This document shows, piece after piece, positions 43,301 through 56,870 of a stretch of DNA of 64,000 nt. A model generated the notes under the pieces. It was not told the DNA's origin and did not search any database. It saw only the letters and a program-made list of their open reading frames with translations. A program made the translations under genes and the position numbers. The stretch is from Lingula anatina (taxonomy: Eukaryota; Animalia; Brachiopoda): contig CM120648.1 of the NCBI GenBank assembly GCA_051362555.1, positions 14,814,587 to 14,878,586 on the forward strand. Reading direction: 5' to 3'. Every line of letters begins with the position of its first letter. The stretch's first letter is position 1.

Positions 43301-46300
43301 ATTTATGTGCTTGTGTATGTGTGCGCACATGTACATGCACGTGTTTGGGTATGTGTGTATACATACTCAAATAGCAAGCACGTCATGTGCGCCATATATG
43401 AAGTAAAACTACCCGCATAGAGACTATATTCATGTTTGTTTGATTATCTGCCGTTGTTTTAAACATGAGCTGAAATGTACAGCCCATAGCAGCTGCGGTC
43501 TGCTGCAGTGAGACTAAGCTGTATTAATTTGCTATTGCAGAATAATTGTGGATTCAGCAGTATTTTTTTTTACATGTCGGTATTTTGAATACATTTTTGA
43601 TTCGTCGTCCTAAGTTTGAGAGCGTTTATATAACCGTGTTGGCTCGGGCAAATATTCGCTCTTGTTGAGATAAAATTGCTTTCATAATTTTGCTCTAGAT
43701 ATGAATTTACATATTTTGTCCCAGTTTGAACCGAAGTGCTTTGGAACAGATAAGTGTTAGGACAGCGGTGTTCAAAAAATGCCGGAGATATTACTTATAA
43801 CTTTACAATACAATGACATTAGGAAGAAAGAACAGAAAGAAGAGGGGTTTGCGGAAAGAAAATGCGTAATGGTATCATTTGTTTCTTTTCTTTTTTGGTA
43901 CGCGCGAACTGTAATAGATCGTGAAGCACATCATGCATTAAGTGTAGACTGTGTACAAAAACACAGACGACGCGTGTTTGAATTTAAAAAAAATATATGT
44001 GACTGAGCTAGGGCCACAAATTAAAAGATGCACAGTCGCATGCTTGGCATTGCTCCTCCACGAGATGTTTTGTTATGCAAAAGGATTGCTATCAATGTCA
44101 TTAGTGAAACCACAAAAGATGAAGACACAACTTGTTTTATTTCCCTGAAGCCTTAAATCATCAGTCGAGTCATCAAGCCAGGGGAGTAAGGAGCGAGTTT
44201 TAATGTGAACGTTAGCTTGGCAGTTGAAGATGGCGGGGAAAATTAAGGAAACCTGTGGTGGATTTCTATCGTGACATGCCTTTATCCATCTTCCAAGTCC
44301 CCAAGTTCAAATAAAAAAGGCACGGAGTCTCAACAGGATATATTTTTCGAATAAATTCACAATTAACCATTATGTTCTGATGATGGAATGTATACTAGTA
44401 TGAAATGTATCCTTCAAACTCGCAACTGTAGTCTACATGTATTACTTAATTACTTACTTACTTAATATTAATCCTCTTCGAGATTAAAATTAATTAACAT
44501 GCGTGGAAATATCAGTATTGTGTCCGACGACCAAGTGTTACATAACCCATAACGGGGCAATGCCCCGAGTTCAGAGCAGGCGGAGACGGGGACATCTTTC
44601 AATAATATGTTTTGTTCTGAGAAATCGTACAGTACAGTGATACTTCCAGAAAACTTCCCATCCTGTTTGTTCGTAAATCCCTAGCTTGTTTTTTAAGTCT
44701 GTCTTCCGGAGTGGTTGAGCAGGAACCAGTTCTATAAGGCTCAGTGCCTCTTCACTTGTGTGTCGTGTGGTAAACAAACTAGTTCGTAGAGGATGGGTTT
44801 CTGATGTCCTCCATCGAGAAGCTGGGTGCATGCAGTCAATGAAAACATGCTTCTGCCAAACCCTCTGATGACTGACCCTGAACTTCCTAGGATCTTGACA
44901 GTGAACTCAGTACATGTCGTGTATTGCTGTATCTAACAGCAACCTGGCTCCAACATTTAGCTGTATCCAGATAACATAATTGCCCGCTCAATGACAATAA
45001 AGTAACGGGATTTATCCGTAAACAACGTAGCCGTAGACTCCAAAGCATTGGTCCTCGTGGGTGATTTCATCGCGTTAACTGATGGTCAACTAGAATACAA
45101 CAAGAGTTGAATTTTACTTCCAAAATAAAAAAATTGACAGACAGTACTGTGATAATTCGTACTGCACCGTCTGTCGCTTCTCAGAAGACTGTTTGGAGTA
45201 GTTAGAGTGTATTTCTCTGCTGTTCACCTTGGCACTCACCTTTCACGCCGTGATCATAAACAGAGCACATGGGCAATGTGATGTCATTATACTAGAACTC
45301 ATACTGCCGTTATGCTGGTATTTGTCTTGCCTGCTGCTGTACAAGTTCTGGACACGTTGACAAGTCTTTCTTGGATTTCTAGATTTACTTTATCAAAACT
45401 AAAGAAAAATATAAATAAAAAAAATTTAGAACGATCTTATTTTATGGTCCTTTTTTCTAGGTGTGTCAATCATGACCAATGTTTACCATTATTTACAGGT
45501 TTTTCTCACGTTTATTGATAAAATGGCAAAAACATAAAAAACACGTTAATCATATGCCCCCCCCCCACCCTAATAAAAGAAAAATATGCATAAAGTACAA
45601 GAATTGTCATACAGAATGGTCCGTTATTCACATCCCCCCTTTTTTTCCAAGAAGGCAGAAGGGTGAGTCACTTTATTTTCACTTTTCACTTTTGTCGTGA
45701 CAAATTATCCGCTTCGCTTTCTTACTGTTGTATCCGCCTTTCCTGAAAACTGCAAACAACGACATTTATTTTTTTATAAAGTCACTTCCTATAAATTTAG
45801 TTTCACTATACAACAGTGTAAACAGCATTGTGTCGTAAACGATAGGTCATGTAAAAGGGTCTTAGGACGTTATCTGGAAGTTGATTTCTTGTAAAGCTAT
45901 TATGTTGTTTTAAATTTTAAAGATTTTGTACGTGATCCCACGATCTTTATGAGAATATTTTATAACACTGAGATTATTTTAAAAAGGTTTCGTCAATGGC
46001 AAAACTCATTATGTCCAAACTAAGAAAAAAAAACTAAAATATGAAGAGTTTGGTACACAGGATGTTGCCACTGTTATATTAGAAATATGTGTGACAGCTG
46101 AAAATTATGGATTGTCGACCGCACATGCTGCTGTGGGACATGACGCCCCTCTCCGTGTCCTTCCACCCTGTGGTCTGTGTTGTCCTAGTGTTCTATACCA
46201 CCCTGTGGTCTGTGTTGTCCTTGTGTTCTATACCACCCTGTGGTCTGTGTTGTCCTGGTGTTCTATACCACCCTGTGGTCTGTGTTGTCCTTGTGTTCTA

Positions 46301-49300
46301 TACCACCCTGTGGTCTGTGTTATCCTTGTGTTCTATACCACCCTGTGGTCTGTGTTGTCCTTGTGTTCTATACCACCCTGTGGTCTGTGTTATCCTTGTG
46401 TTCTATACCACCCTGTGGTCTGTGTTGTCCTTGTGTTCTATACCACCCTGTGGTCTGTGTTATCCTTGTGTTCTATACCACCCTGTGGTCTGTGTTGTCC
46501 TTGTGTTCTATACCACCCTGTGGTCTGTGTTATCCTTGTGTTCTATACCACCCTGTGGTCTGTGTTGTCCTAGTGTCCTTCCACCCTGTGGTCAGTGTTG
46601 TCCTTGTGTTCTATACCACCCTGTGGTCTGTGTTGTCCTTGTGTTCTATACCACCCTGTGGTCTGTGTTATCCTTGTGTTCTATACCACCCTGTGGTCTG
46701 TGTTGTCCTAGTGTTCTATACCACCCTGTGGTCTGTGTTGTCCTAGTGTTCTATACCACCCTGTGGTCTGTGTTGTCCTAGTGTTTTATACCACCCTGTG
46801 GTCTGTGTTGTCCTAGTGTCCTTCCACCCTGTGGTCAGTGTTGTCCTTGTGTTCTATACCACCCTGTGGTCTGTGTTGTCCTTGTGTTCTATACCACCCT
46901 GTGGTCAGTGTTGTCCTTGTGTTCTATACCACCCTGTGGTCAGTGTTGTCCTAGTGTTCTATACCACCCTGTGGTCAGTGTTGTCCTTGTGTTCTATACC
47001 ACCCTGTGGTCTGTGTTGTCCTAGTGTTCTATACCACCCTGTGGTCTGTGTTGTCCTAGTGTCCTTCCACCCTGTGGTCAGTGTTGTCCTTGTGTTCTAT
47101 ACCACCCTGTGGTCTGTGTTGTCCTTGTGTTCTATACCACCCTGTGGTCAGTGTTGTCCTTGTGTTCTATACCACCCTGTGGTCTGTGTTGTCCTAGTGT
47201 TCTATACCACCCTGTGGTCTGTGTTGTCCTAGTGTTCTATACCACCCTGTGGTCTGTGTTGTCCTAGTGTTCTATACCACCCTGTGGTCTGTGTTGTCCT
47301 AGTGTCCTTCCACCCTGTGGTCAGTGTTGTCCTTGTGTTCTATACCACCCTGTGGTCTGTGTTGTCCTTGTGTTCTATACCACCCTGTGGTCAGTGTTGT
47401 CCTTGTGTTCTATACCACCCTGTGGTCTGTGTTGCCCTAGTGTTCTATACCACCCTGTGGTCTGTGTTGTCCTAGTGTTCTATACCACCCTGTGGTCTGT
47501 GTTGTCCTGGTGTTCTATACCACCCTGTGGTCTGTGTTGTCCTTGTGTTCTTCCACCCTGTGGTCTGTGTTGTCCTAGTGTTCTATACCACCTTGTGGTC
47601 TGTGTTGTCCTAGTGTTGTATACCACTCTGTGGTCTGTGTTGTCCTAGTGTTGTATACCACTCTGTGGTCTGTGTTGTCCTTGTGTTCTATACCACCCTG
47701 TGGTCTGTGTTGTCATGGTGTTGTATACCACCCTGTGGTCTGTGTTGTCCTTGTGTTCTATACCACCCTGTGGTCTGTGTTGTCCTAGTGTTGTATACCA
47801 CTCTGTGGTCTGTGTTGTCCTTGTGTTCTATACCACCCTGTGGTCTGTGTTGTCCTAGTGTTGTATACCACCCTGTGGTCTGTGTTGTCCTTGTGTTCTA
47901 TACCACCCTGTGGTCTGTGTTATCCTTGTGTTCTATACCACCCTGTGGTCTGTGTTGTCCTTGTGTTCTATACCACCCTGTGATGCGGCGCATTATTTCT
48001 TTTGAGACTGTCACTGCGACATTACAGATCATGTTACCCACGGTCATGATGCCTGAGACATCAAAACCCCTCCGCAGCCATACGATGTCTGGTCATCTCT
48101 ATGGTCTGAATAGATCAATCAATAGCTATGGGACCTTGGTCACGATGTTATTTAAGCTAGGTGTGTCTAGAAATGCACATAAGCCCGGCTGATGATCCGC
48201 ATTTTTATAACATGTCGAATACTTTATTTTAAAAACAGTTACAGTGGGTTGACGTTCTCTTTATCGCCCATCTGTGCCATCTGTCTTTTTGACATTAAGT
48301 AGATTGTATTTTGTCTGAATCAAAGTTTGAAACTTGGTAGCTCAGGTCAAAATAAACAATATTAACCCTTTTCCTTAAGATGAAATGCACAAAGCAAAGA
48401 AATTGTGACTAGTTTACTTTGTCACTTAAAGATAATATTAAATCGAAAACGTAAGTCAAGGCTTTGAAACAGAAAAAAAACGTAAACATTCCAAAACTAG
48501 GCAGAGATCATATTTCAAGTTTTATTTCTGAAACAAAGAACCAAAATAGGGCACAGATCCACGGATTAACCACCAGATCCACAGGTAAACTAATCCCCAA
48601 TGTTAACTGACGAAATCAACGCTGTGAATAGCAAGGTATTTGCCCTCCATGACGCGCAGTGACCTTTACTTTCATTCATGCGCAAGTTGTACGCCAGCTT
48701 GCATGTGACTGCCACACCTCTGAATACCAGCCAATCAGAGCCTCCGCCGTGAGAACGCCTTCAGTGTCTGATATATTAAACAAAGCCACGTGTATTGCAA
48801 TCTCCATAACCTACCAAAACATTGGAGACTTCACAGACAGTGATCAGCGCTGACTCGTAACGACTTTTGACCCAGGCCGTTTGGAAGAGTTGAATCTGAT
48901 AATGACAGCCGAGAAAGTTGCCTTTACACATGACCCAAGACTTAAGGTAAAGCTTTTGTGGCATCGTTAAGTGCGCCGTGTTCTGGATTCACTCAATTAT
49001 CGGTGTTTTGTTTTTGAGGACACGGTAATCTCACGATCAATCATGAATGAAAATTGTAACCAATCGCTTTGATTTGGTATTTGTATTGGACTCAGTTTTG
49101 TTATTAATATTGTCAACAAACTTTGACTTGACAACGACCAGAATTTTTATCGTTAAACTGTCGGTGAAAAATGAGGTGTTAACGTGAAGGTCGTGAATTC
49201 AGTGGAAACATATGCGTTGATACATGTATACAGAATGGAGTCGATCCTTTGCCTGTAAATCCCTGTCATATAAGAAAACCTCTCTCTGTGTACAGGAAAT

Positions 49301-52300
49301 GTGAACAGTTTACTGGGGCAACACTAGGGGAAACGAGGATGTTTTCTTCTGCGTTTTTATTCCAGTCGTATTTCGCTCTGTGTCAGTAGGCATGTATGTC
49401 AGTATATGAGGGTCATGAAGTCTGCTGTGCTATCGACCAGGCTCAGTTCAGACATCACATCATGAAGATCATTTTAGAAACAGTTAGAACATGTCTGATG
49501 TATTCAGGTTGGTTCAGTGGGTTGGTAAAATGAGCGTACAGTGTGTTCACAGACAATTCTTTCTCACATAGCACTAGGTATATTATGTAGAGATTTCATT
49601 CGCTATTGGCGTGATATGTACAGCCGTATTATATAGAAAGATGATCGATTGTCCACCGAGTATGTGGCACATTGCCAACCTGGCTCTCTTTTTACAAAGT
49701 ACCACCACACAGTGATGTTCCGCTTGGTGAGACACGGGGTCGGTTATAAAACTTAATGCAAGGGGACACCTGGGACTTAAATACAGAAATAGGAAGAAAA
49801 CAAGTCATTTCCACGTTAAGTGAGATATTGAAACGAAGGCCTGTTTTGTTGTGAATTAATGTAAGGTCTACGATGTAAACGTGCACATTGTTCATGCTGA
49901 TGGAGACAGTGGTGTCCGTCTGACCCTCTAATACCAGTGAAATGACAGACCTTAATATCCACCAGAAACATACCATGTCATATCTACACCATTTAACGGT
50001 GAAAATGTCTCCATTACCGCCATGGAAACAAATGATATTGAGCGTGTCTGCTTATTGCCTCATTATACTGTAGACTAGTCTGAATAATTCAGTTTATTTC
50101 TTCCGGTGCTAGCATTTGGTTCAACTTGTACGTGGCAGATATGCGGGCACCGACCCAAACATCTCCCCCATATGAAAACATACTTCAATATATGAAAATG
50201 TAAACGATCGAAAATGATTGCGCAATGGATTTACGTGCTCGTACAGTTCTATATACGGAGCATGCCGCACTCAATAGACTTAACTAGGCGCATTGACCGT
50301 CCTGATACTCGGTGGCTATTCTGTATTAATACCGCGCGCCACCTTCATACAGCTATAACCACAAAACGAGAGAGCAATATGAACATACATATACTAAATC
50401 GATATTAGCACTTTTTTCAACCCGTTCAGCACTTAATGACATGCGGCGTTTTGCTTTGGAGGTGTGCCAACTTCGCGTCATCCTATTGGTGGACAAGTAT
50501 GTACATTTCATTCATTCTGTAATGTTTCCCGCTTTCAGATGGCAGTGTGTGTGTACATACATAATGTAGCCTCAGCTGTGCGCCGCCTAAATGTGTGCCA
50601 TGGCGTGGGCGGCATAAATACGGGAATGTTGAATATAATATAAAGGCGCTGTACGTACATATTTTTGTCTGAAATATTTTTGTAAAAATTCATAGGTTGC
50701 CTGCATTAATATACGAAGGATTTATTACATACATTTTAATAAACAAAATTATGCCCCTAGCTGAAAAAAAGTTAAGCAGTGTCAATGTCACCTGGCACTC
50801 GACTGGAGACAAGCTCAGAAAATTGCTCTTAAAACGCATATTAGAACACACAGATGGTGGTGGTCGGCTAGCTGAAGAGTATTCCAGAGACTCCAGGACG
50901 CGTTAGTTGTATCATGTCGCGCTTAAAGCCTGTATAGGAACCATCTAATCATCGTTCTTGCTACATTTTATGGAAGGAAATCCTTAAAGACAAGTTTAGT
51001 TGAACCCACTTGTATTTGAGTTCACGTTAGCTGTGTTGATATGGCCTTAAAACGTTATACCCCTGTATGATGAACTGAAACATAAAGAGCTTCAGGATAA
51101 TCATTCCACGTCAGGTTAATAACTGCATTAATGATATTTATGTGACCAAAGTCACCACAGAAGCTTGATTTGTGTAGCTGTAGGTGAAATGAGTTCAATG
51201 TGGCTCAAGGTTATAATATACGTGATGGACCTCATCTTTACCATAACTAGCACATCAATACCGATGTGAATATATCTGCATTGACCCCGTATATACTGTA
51301 CATGATATTCACGTACTGCCCAGTTGTATGTTAGTGTTAGCCTGTGCATTTAAAACTGAAAGATCAGATCCAAAATGGTTTGAAAAATATCCAAAAAGAA
51401 CTTTACTAACTTTTTTCCCTTTTTTAAATTTGTTTATCAATTGTTTCTATCTTCTACCATTTAATTATTTATTTCTTTCTTTTTATTTATTTATTTAATT
51501 TTTACTGACACTAAGAAGTAAGAAGGTTGGTTCGCTTGACTTATGCAGTGCTACACGACCCCAGTGTCTACTGCATATGGTTGAGACTGGTGGCGTAGGT
51601 CTGCTATGGCATAGAATTAATCCATAACAAGATAAATACCCGTGCACTACGACATATATGATATATACATCACATATGAAAAAAAAACAATTGTTTGACG
51701 ACCACAGACAGTTACAAGAATTCGAGTCGTGACAGAAAACCATCTAGTTATTGTTTATGACCCTGGTAACCACTGCACAGTGCATACGACATGTATGACC
51801 ACCATCTAACACTACTTGTGGCTAGTCCACACTGAGCTCCTGATGGCGAGTAGTTAACCTGGTACACAGAAACCACTTAGAACATCCAGCACATCTGGTC
51901 ACCACAGTCCTAGGACCTGGACACTTTGATGTGGCTTCTATGGACTAGACGATAGTTGCTGACGTCCAGCGAGGACGGTCTTATGACGGCTATTACAATG
52001 CGGTTTCTACTAGGTGTATGAAAATGAAACAGAAAGGCATTTTTTGATTTTGAACTGCTGTTACCTTAGAGGGAATGTGACTATTTACATGATAAAGGAA
52101 AGCATTAATACTGAAAACAGTCATATGTCGTTGTGTGCATGTAACGTTAAATGTAGTCTTTGTTTTTTATAAGCCTCATTTTCCACATACATGTCGCATT
52201 TTGTAAACGAAGCTAACATTTTTTTAGTAGCACATTGTTTCGTCCCCAGTGCAAATCTTTCACGTTGAAACAGAACTCCACAAATTTCAACTGTTTACTC

Positions 52301-55300
52301 AATCTCAGTATTTCTGGGGAACAGTTCAGTTCGCGGCCACATTTAGATTCATTTTTTACGCAAGAAACTAAAATATTTTTGCAGAATGTCAACAAACCGT
52401 CATCGTGACGATTGTAAGAGCGTTCGATCTACGCGATTTCCTAAAAATGTAATTTACTTATCAACAAGACATTGACGTCTTACTTTGGCACTGTTTTCTG
52501 GTTATAATTTGAACGTCAATCAGATAGGAGCGGTGCTACCCGGTAAACAGTCAACAGCGAGGAGTGACCTCAGTGAAATTGCTCCCGTAAAATCCTATAA
52601 ACTGATCATATGATCTTATATGATATGTAGTGTAATTAAAACACCTGGAAGTTTTAAAACCCTAACATTATATTGATATCAGAAAGACGTAAACTGTCAA
52701 TAAAGCCACCTTAGACTGAAAACGGGAACAGTTAAGGAAGAACCGGAAATGTGTATTCCTTTTTTGGCGTTAATGACAAGAGCACCTTGAATTACTCATA
52801 AAGTCGTCTGAAAGTCAAAAGGTAGATCATTCTGGGTGGTAACTTGCACGTCAGCTGCCATTCCTTGCTGTCTAAATTCAACCCCTCACTATGGGGAAGA
52901 TTGCCCTCCACAGCGATATGTCTTATAATATCACCCAAAAACCATTTATATTCACTTCATATAACTGAGCCTTTTTTTAATTTCATTCAGTCGTGACAGG
53001 GATCCATTATCTAATATTTTTCTGACGGGTTGCTGCTATGGATTAAAACTGAACAATCACTTCAAAATTAAATTGCGCATACTGAGAACATTTTATGTGG
53101 GGTGATAACCATAAAAAAACGACGAGGAGAGGAGGGTCCTCTCAACCCCACCCCCTCGCTGCGGTTCCTGCCCTTATGACTGACGTGAAGAGAGGAGAAA
53201 TGGCTGTAAATACTAATAGTTAGAATTATACATTATTCCAGGTAGTAACTACACTCCTATTTGCCAGTTGTTCACAAAACGAATGTGTCAGGGAATTGAG
53301 CTAAATAGAGGTTACTCTAGCACCTTATTCCCCGATAAAATTGTCTTGTACAGCCGTACAGATGATGTAATTCTTTGCTAAAGCACTGGTGGGTTTTTTA
53401 ATGAAATCGCAGGAAAATTTCGTTTTTTGTGAGTTATAGCTCACAGCACAGACAGAAATACTGAGTTCTGCAAAGCCGGTTAAAATAAAATGTTTTGAAC
53501 TTATTCTCAGAGAAGCAATTTTCAGTTCAATTTTCACAAGACCCAGATTTTGACGTCTGACGTTTTTTAGGTTGTTGTTGTTGTTATTGTAAACCCGCCA
53601 CAGGCGTCTGGTGATTATGCAAACTATTACAAAGCACAGGTAGCGATGGGGTGCAAAAGTCGGAGTTCAGACGTATAAATCAAGAAACTACCGAAGAAGA
53701 GAACTTCTTGACTTGAGTGTCATTCACACAAGCCCCGGTTCCACTGCTGTTCAACTTAAAGCTCGATCTGTTCTGATATTAAACATGTTTAAAGCCTCAG
53801 AATGTCGTAAGGGATACTGAATGCGTTATAAGAAGTGACGTCACACTGTGTGATTACACATCTCTGGAGTTTTGCAATCATCCATCGTAACCAATGCTGA
53901 TCGATCTGGCTTCACCGTAGATCTAGTGTGTAGCCCTGGTGCACAGCTTGTATCGTGTAAATCGGCCTACTCGCTGTGTTGTCGTTCTTTGACTTCGACC
54001 TAGACAGTGAACAGGTAGTGCCTATTCATCTTATTCCGCTTGCCGGGATTCATCAATGACATACAGTGAAAAAGCATCTATTCATCTACTTGGGGGACGA
54101 AACACACGTAAAAAGGGCTTGTCTCGGCCTAAGTAATGAGACTATCGAGTTCCACAAATGGCGTTGTTCATTTAAAAGTCAAGTTTTATAATAATATGAA
54201 GAATGTTTTGGTTATGATGAGATAACAATTACTAAAGCTTTTCGTCACATTCTGCCATATTATGTGTCGTCCAATTCATGGATCATAAGCTTTGAATTGA
54301 CTCAGTTCATGTGTAGACTCCACACACCCCAATGTTTCCTAATAAGTGATATCGCCAAGCCTATGACATCGGTGAGAGACCAGGATATCAAAAGTGTACT
54401 ATCGTATGACTGAAGGTTAAGACGGGGTACAGTTATGCAATTACTACATTTCGGACAGCTCCCTCCGTGCAAACTCATATTTCACGTCTTTAATGAAAGA
54501 AAGAATTGCGTCTTTCTACCATCTTTTTAATTCCGCCAGGAGATCAACTGTTAATATTTCCACATTTTTCTGTTCCAGGGTCGTGTTACTGTCCCGCTGG
54601 TAGTGACGGCGTTTGCCGCTGTGATCGGCGGCTCCTTTCCCCATGGTTACAACACAGGTGTGCTCAACGCTCCCCAAGATGTAAGTTGATGCTGCTGTTT
54701 TTCACCTTGGTCAGGTGTTTCACGTAACCTTGATAAATGTAGCATTATTGAGACTGACCGCGCTACTGTTATGAACGCTGAAAACGCTTCTTCAAGTTGC
54801 GCACAGCGAATCAGGCGATTTGAGAATTATTTCTTTTTGTATCACGCCGAGTTACCTGTTTTTATAGTATTACCAAGTCTGATAAGCCAAAAAAAAAAAT
54901 TCCTACAGCAAGTGCATTAATCCAAAAAAGACTGAAATAAATTGTAACGCTTACATGTAGTATGCAAGTTTTTCGACTTGATGCCGTCATTTTACACAGA
55001 ATGGTTTCAGTAATTATAGTTAATTGAACAATGTGTCCTGTATCTCATTTACAAAAATGTTTTCTCAGCTGTCTACATCCTTTCTCTTTATTTCAGTTAA
55101 TTATCCAGTTTCTTAACGACACGTATCTAATCCGTACTGGCAATGAACCTGGCAAAGGCATGCTCAACTTTGTTTGGTCGTTCACCGTGGCTATCTACCT
55201 GGTCGGCGGCATGTTCGGCGCCTTCAGCGCAGGCTGGTTCGCTGACAGATTCGGGAGGTAGGGTTATAACAGAATAGGGGGAGGGGGACGACAGTGAAAT

Positions 55301-56833
55301 GAGAGAAATAAACTTATATTGATATATAAGAACGTCCAATAAAAGTGGTTAACATGTGTCACTGGTTTTGCGTGTAGCACACGACTGTGGTCACCACCAG
55401 GCGACCAGGCGCCAGGGGGAGTGTTGAAACTGTCACCACCCCCTTCTTTGTAAACTGGGGAATGAGATTAATCAGTTCGTCATTGATCACATGGAACAAG
55501 TCTTTTATTCAACAGTTCAGTAAAGAGAATGTCTAAGGAAAACTATATATATTGTGGACTGTCAATTTGTTGTATAGTTCAGTTATCTAAATAACAGTAA
55601 ATCCCTCTCTTTTTCAGGAAAAAGGCCATCATCATCATGTACATTCCCACCTTCGTAGCCGCTATTTTGTTTGGTCTCTGCGATGTAGCGGAATCGTTTG
55701 AGATGTTAATAATTGCTAGGTTTATAGTCGGCTTTGGTTGCGGTAAGTCCTTCATACTCGGCTCGACGCACACTGTGATATAGTAGCTGAGGTACCGCCA
55801 GACGATGTTTGGGCCATCAGTTCAATATGTACGTTGGGGTGAGGTTCAAGACGTAGTGAATTATTCACTCGTGTTCTATGTGACAAACTCTCCAAAGATG
55901 AGGGAGGAGTTCAAACACCGAGGTTGTGAGGCCGGGATTTCAGTCTGCTACATCACAGTGTGTACCGGGCTTAAAGCGCTCTCTGAAAGTGCTCTACAAG
56001 TAATGTAACCATCGGCCTTGTTAAAGTAAGCAATGGGGACCCTCTTTAGGATACAATGCCCGCTGATGGCATTTTAAATAACCTTTGTCAAATAGCAACA
56101 CACAATACATTGAGTCACTGCCTCTCTCACCTTCTCTTTAGTACCTACAAACAGACATACTATAATACATACTATAATACATACTACTCTCCAGTCTAAG
56201 TAAAAATAAAGCTGTTAACTTCATCACTCATTTATAGGAATATTCTGCCTATCATAGGTTATATAATCACTTATTGTTAAATTAAGTACAATAGTACACA
56301 CCATATCACTCCCATTCTGAAAGAATTACACTGGCTGCCTGTGAAGCAGAGGATTGATTTTAAAGTACTTTGTATTATTTTAAAGGCGATCCATCCACAA
56401 GGACCATTATATTTATCTGATCTTATCTGTTTTAACTTACCTGGCGGTCCACACGTTTTAATACTGAGAATGATTTTATTTTAGAACATTCTGTTTTAGA
56501 GAAGGGGTGCCTAAAGAGTTATGGAGATCGTGCTTTTATAATCTACGCCCCAAAAGTGTGGAATGGTCTACCAAATTTTATTAGAAAAACAGAAGACTTT
56601 GACAATTTTAAATCTCTTTTAAAGACCCACATTTTTAATTCTGTCTATATCTCTTAGATTTTATTTTAATATATATATGTTTTTTAATAAGATTGATTTT
56701 TAGTAGTGTAAATTTTAAATGGTTTCCAATGAGAGTTTATGATTAAAATATTGTAGTCATTTTAATGATTTTAGTATATTAGCCATTATTGTAAGGCGCC
56801 TTGAGATAGAATGTAAGGCGCCATATAAGAATC

Positions 56834-56870
<37 letters not shown>

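Noticed and set aside
46091-48192. Long Cys/Val-rich ORFs ([19 protein letters not shown]...) resembling keratin-associated or metallothionein-like proteins
   Set aside because: They are translations of the 35-bp minisatellite: the same peptide cycles through all three frames, and there is no splice or promoter context.
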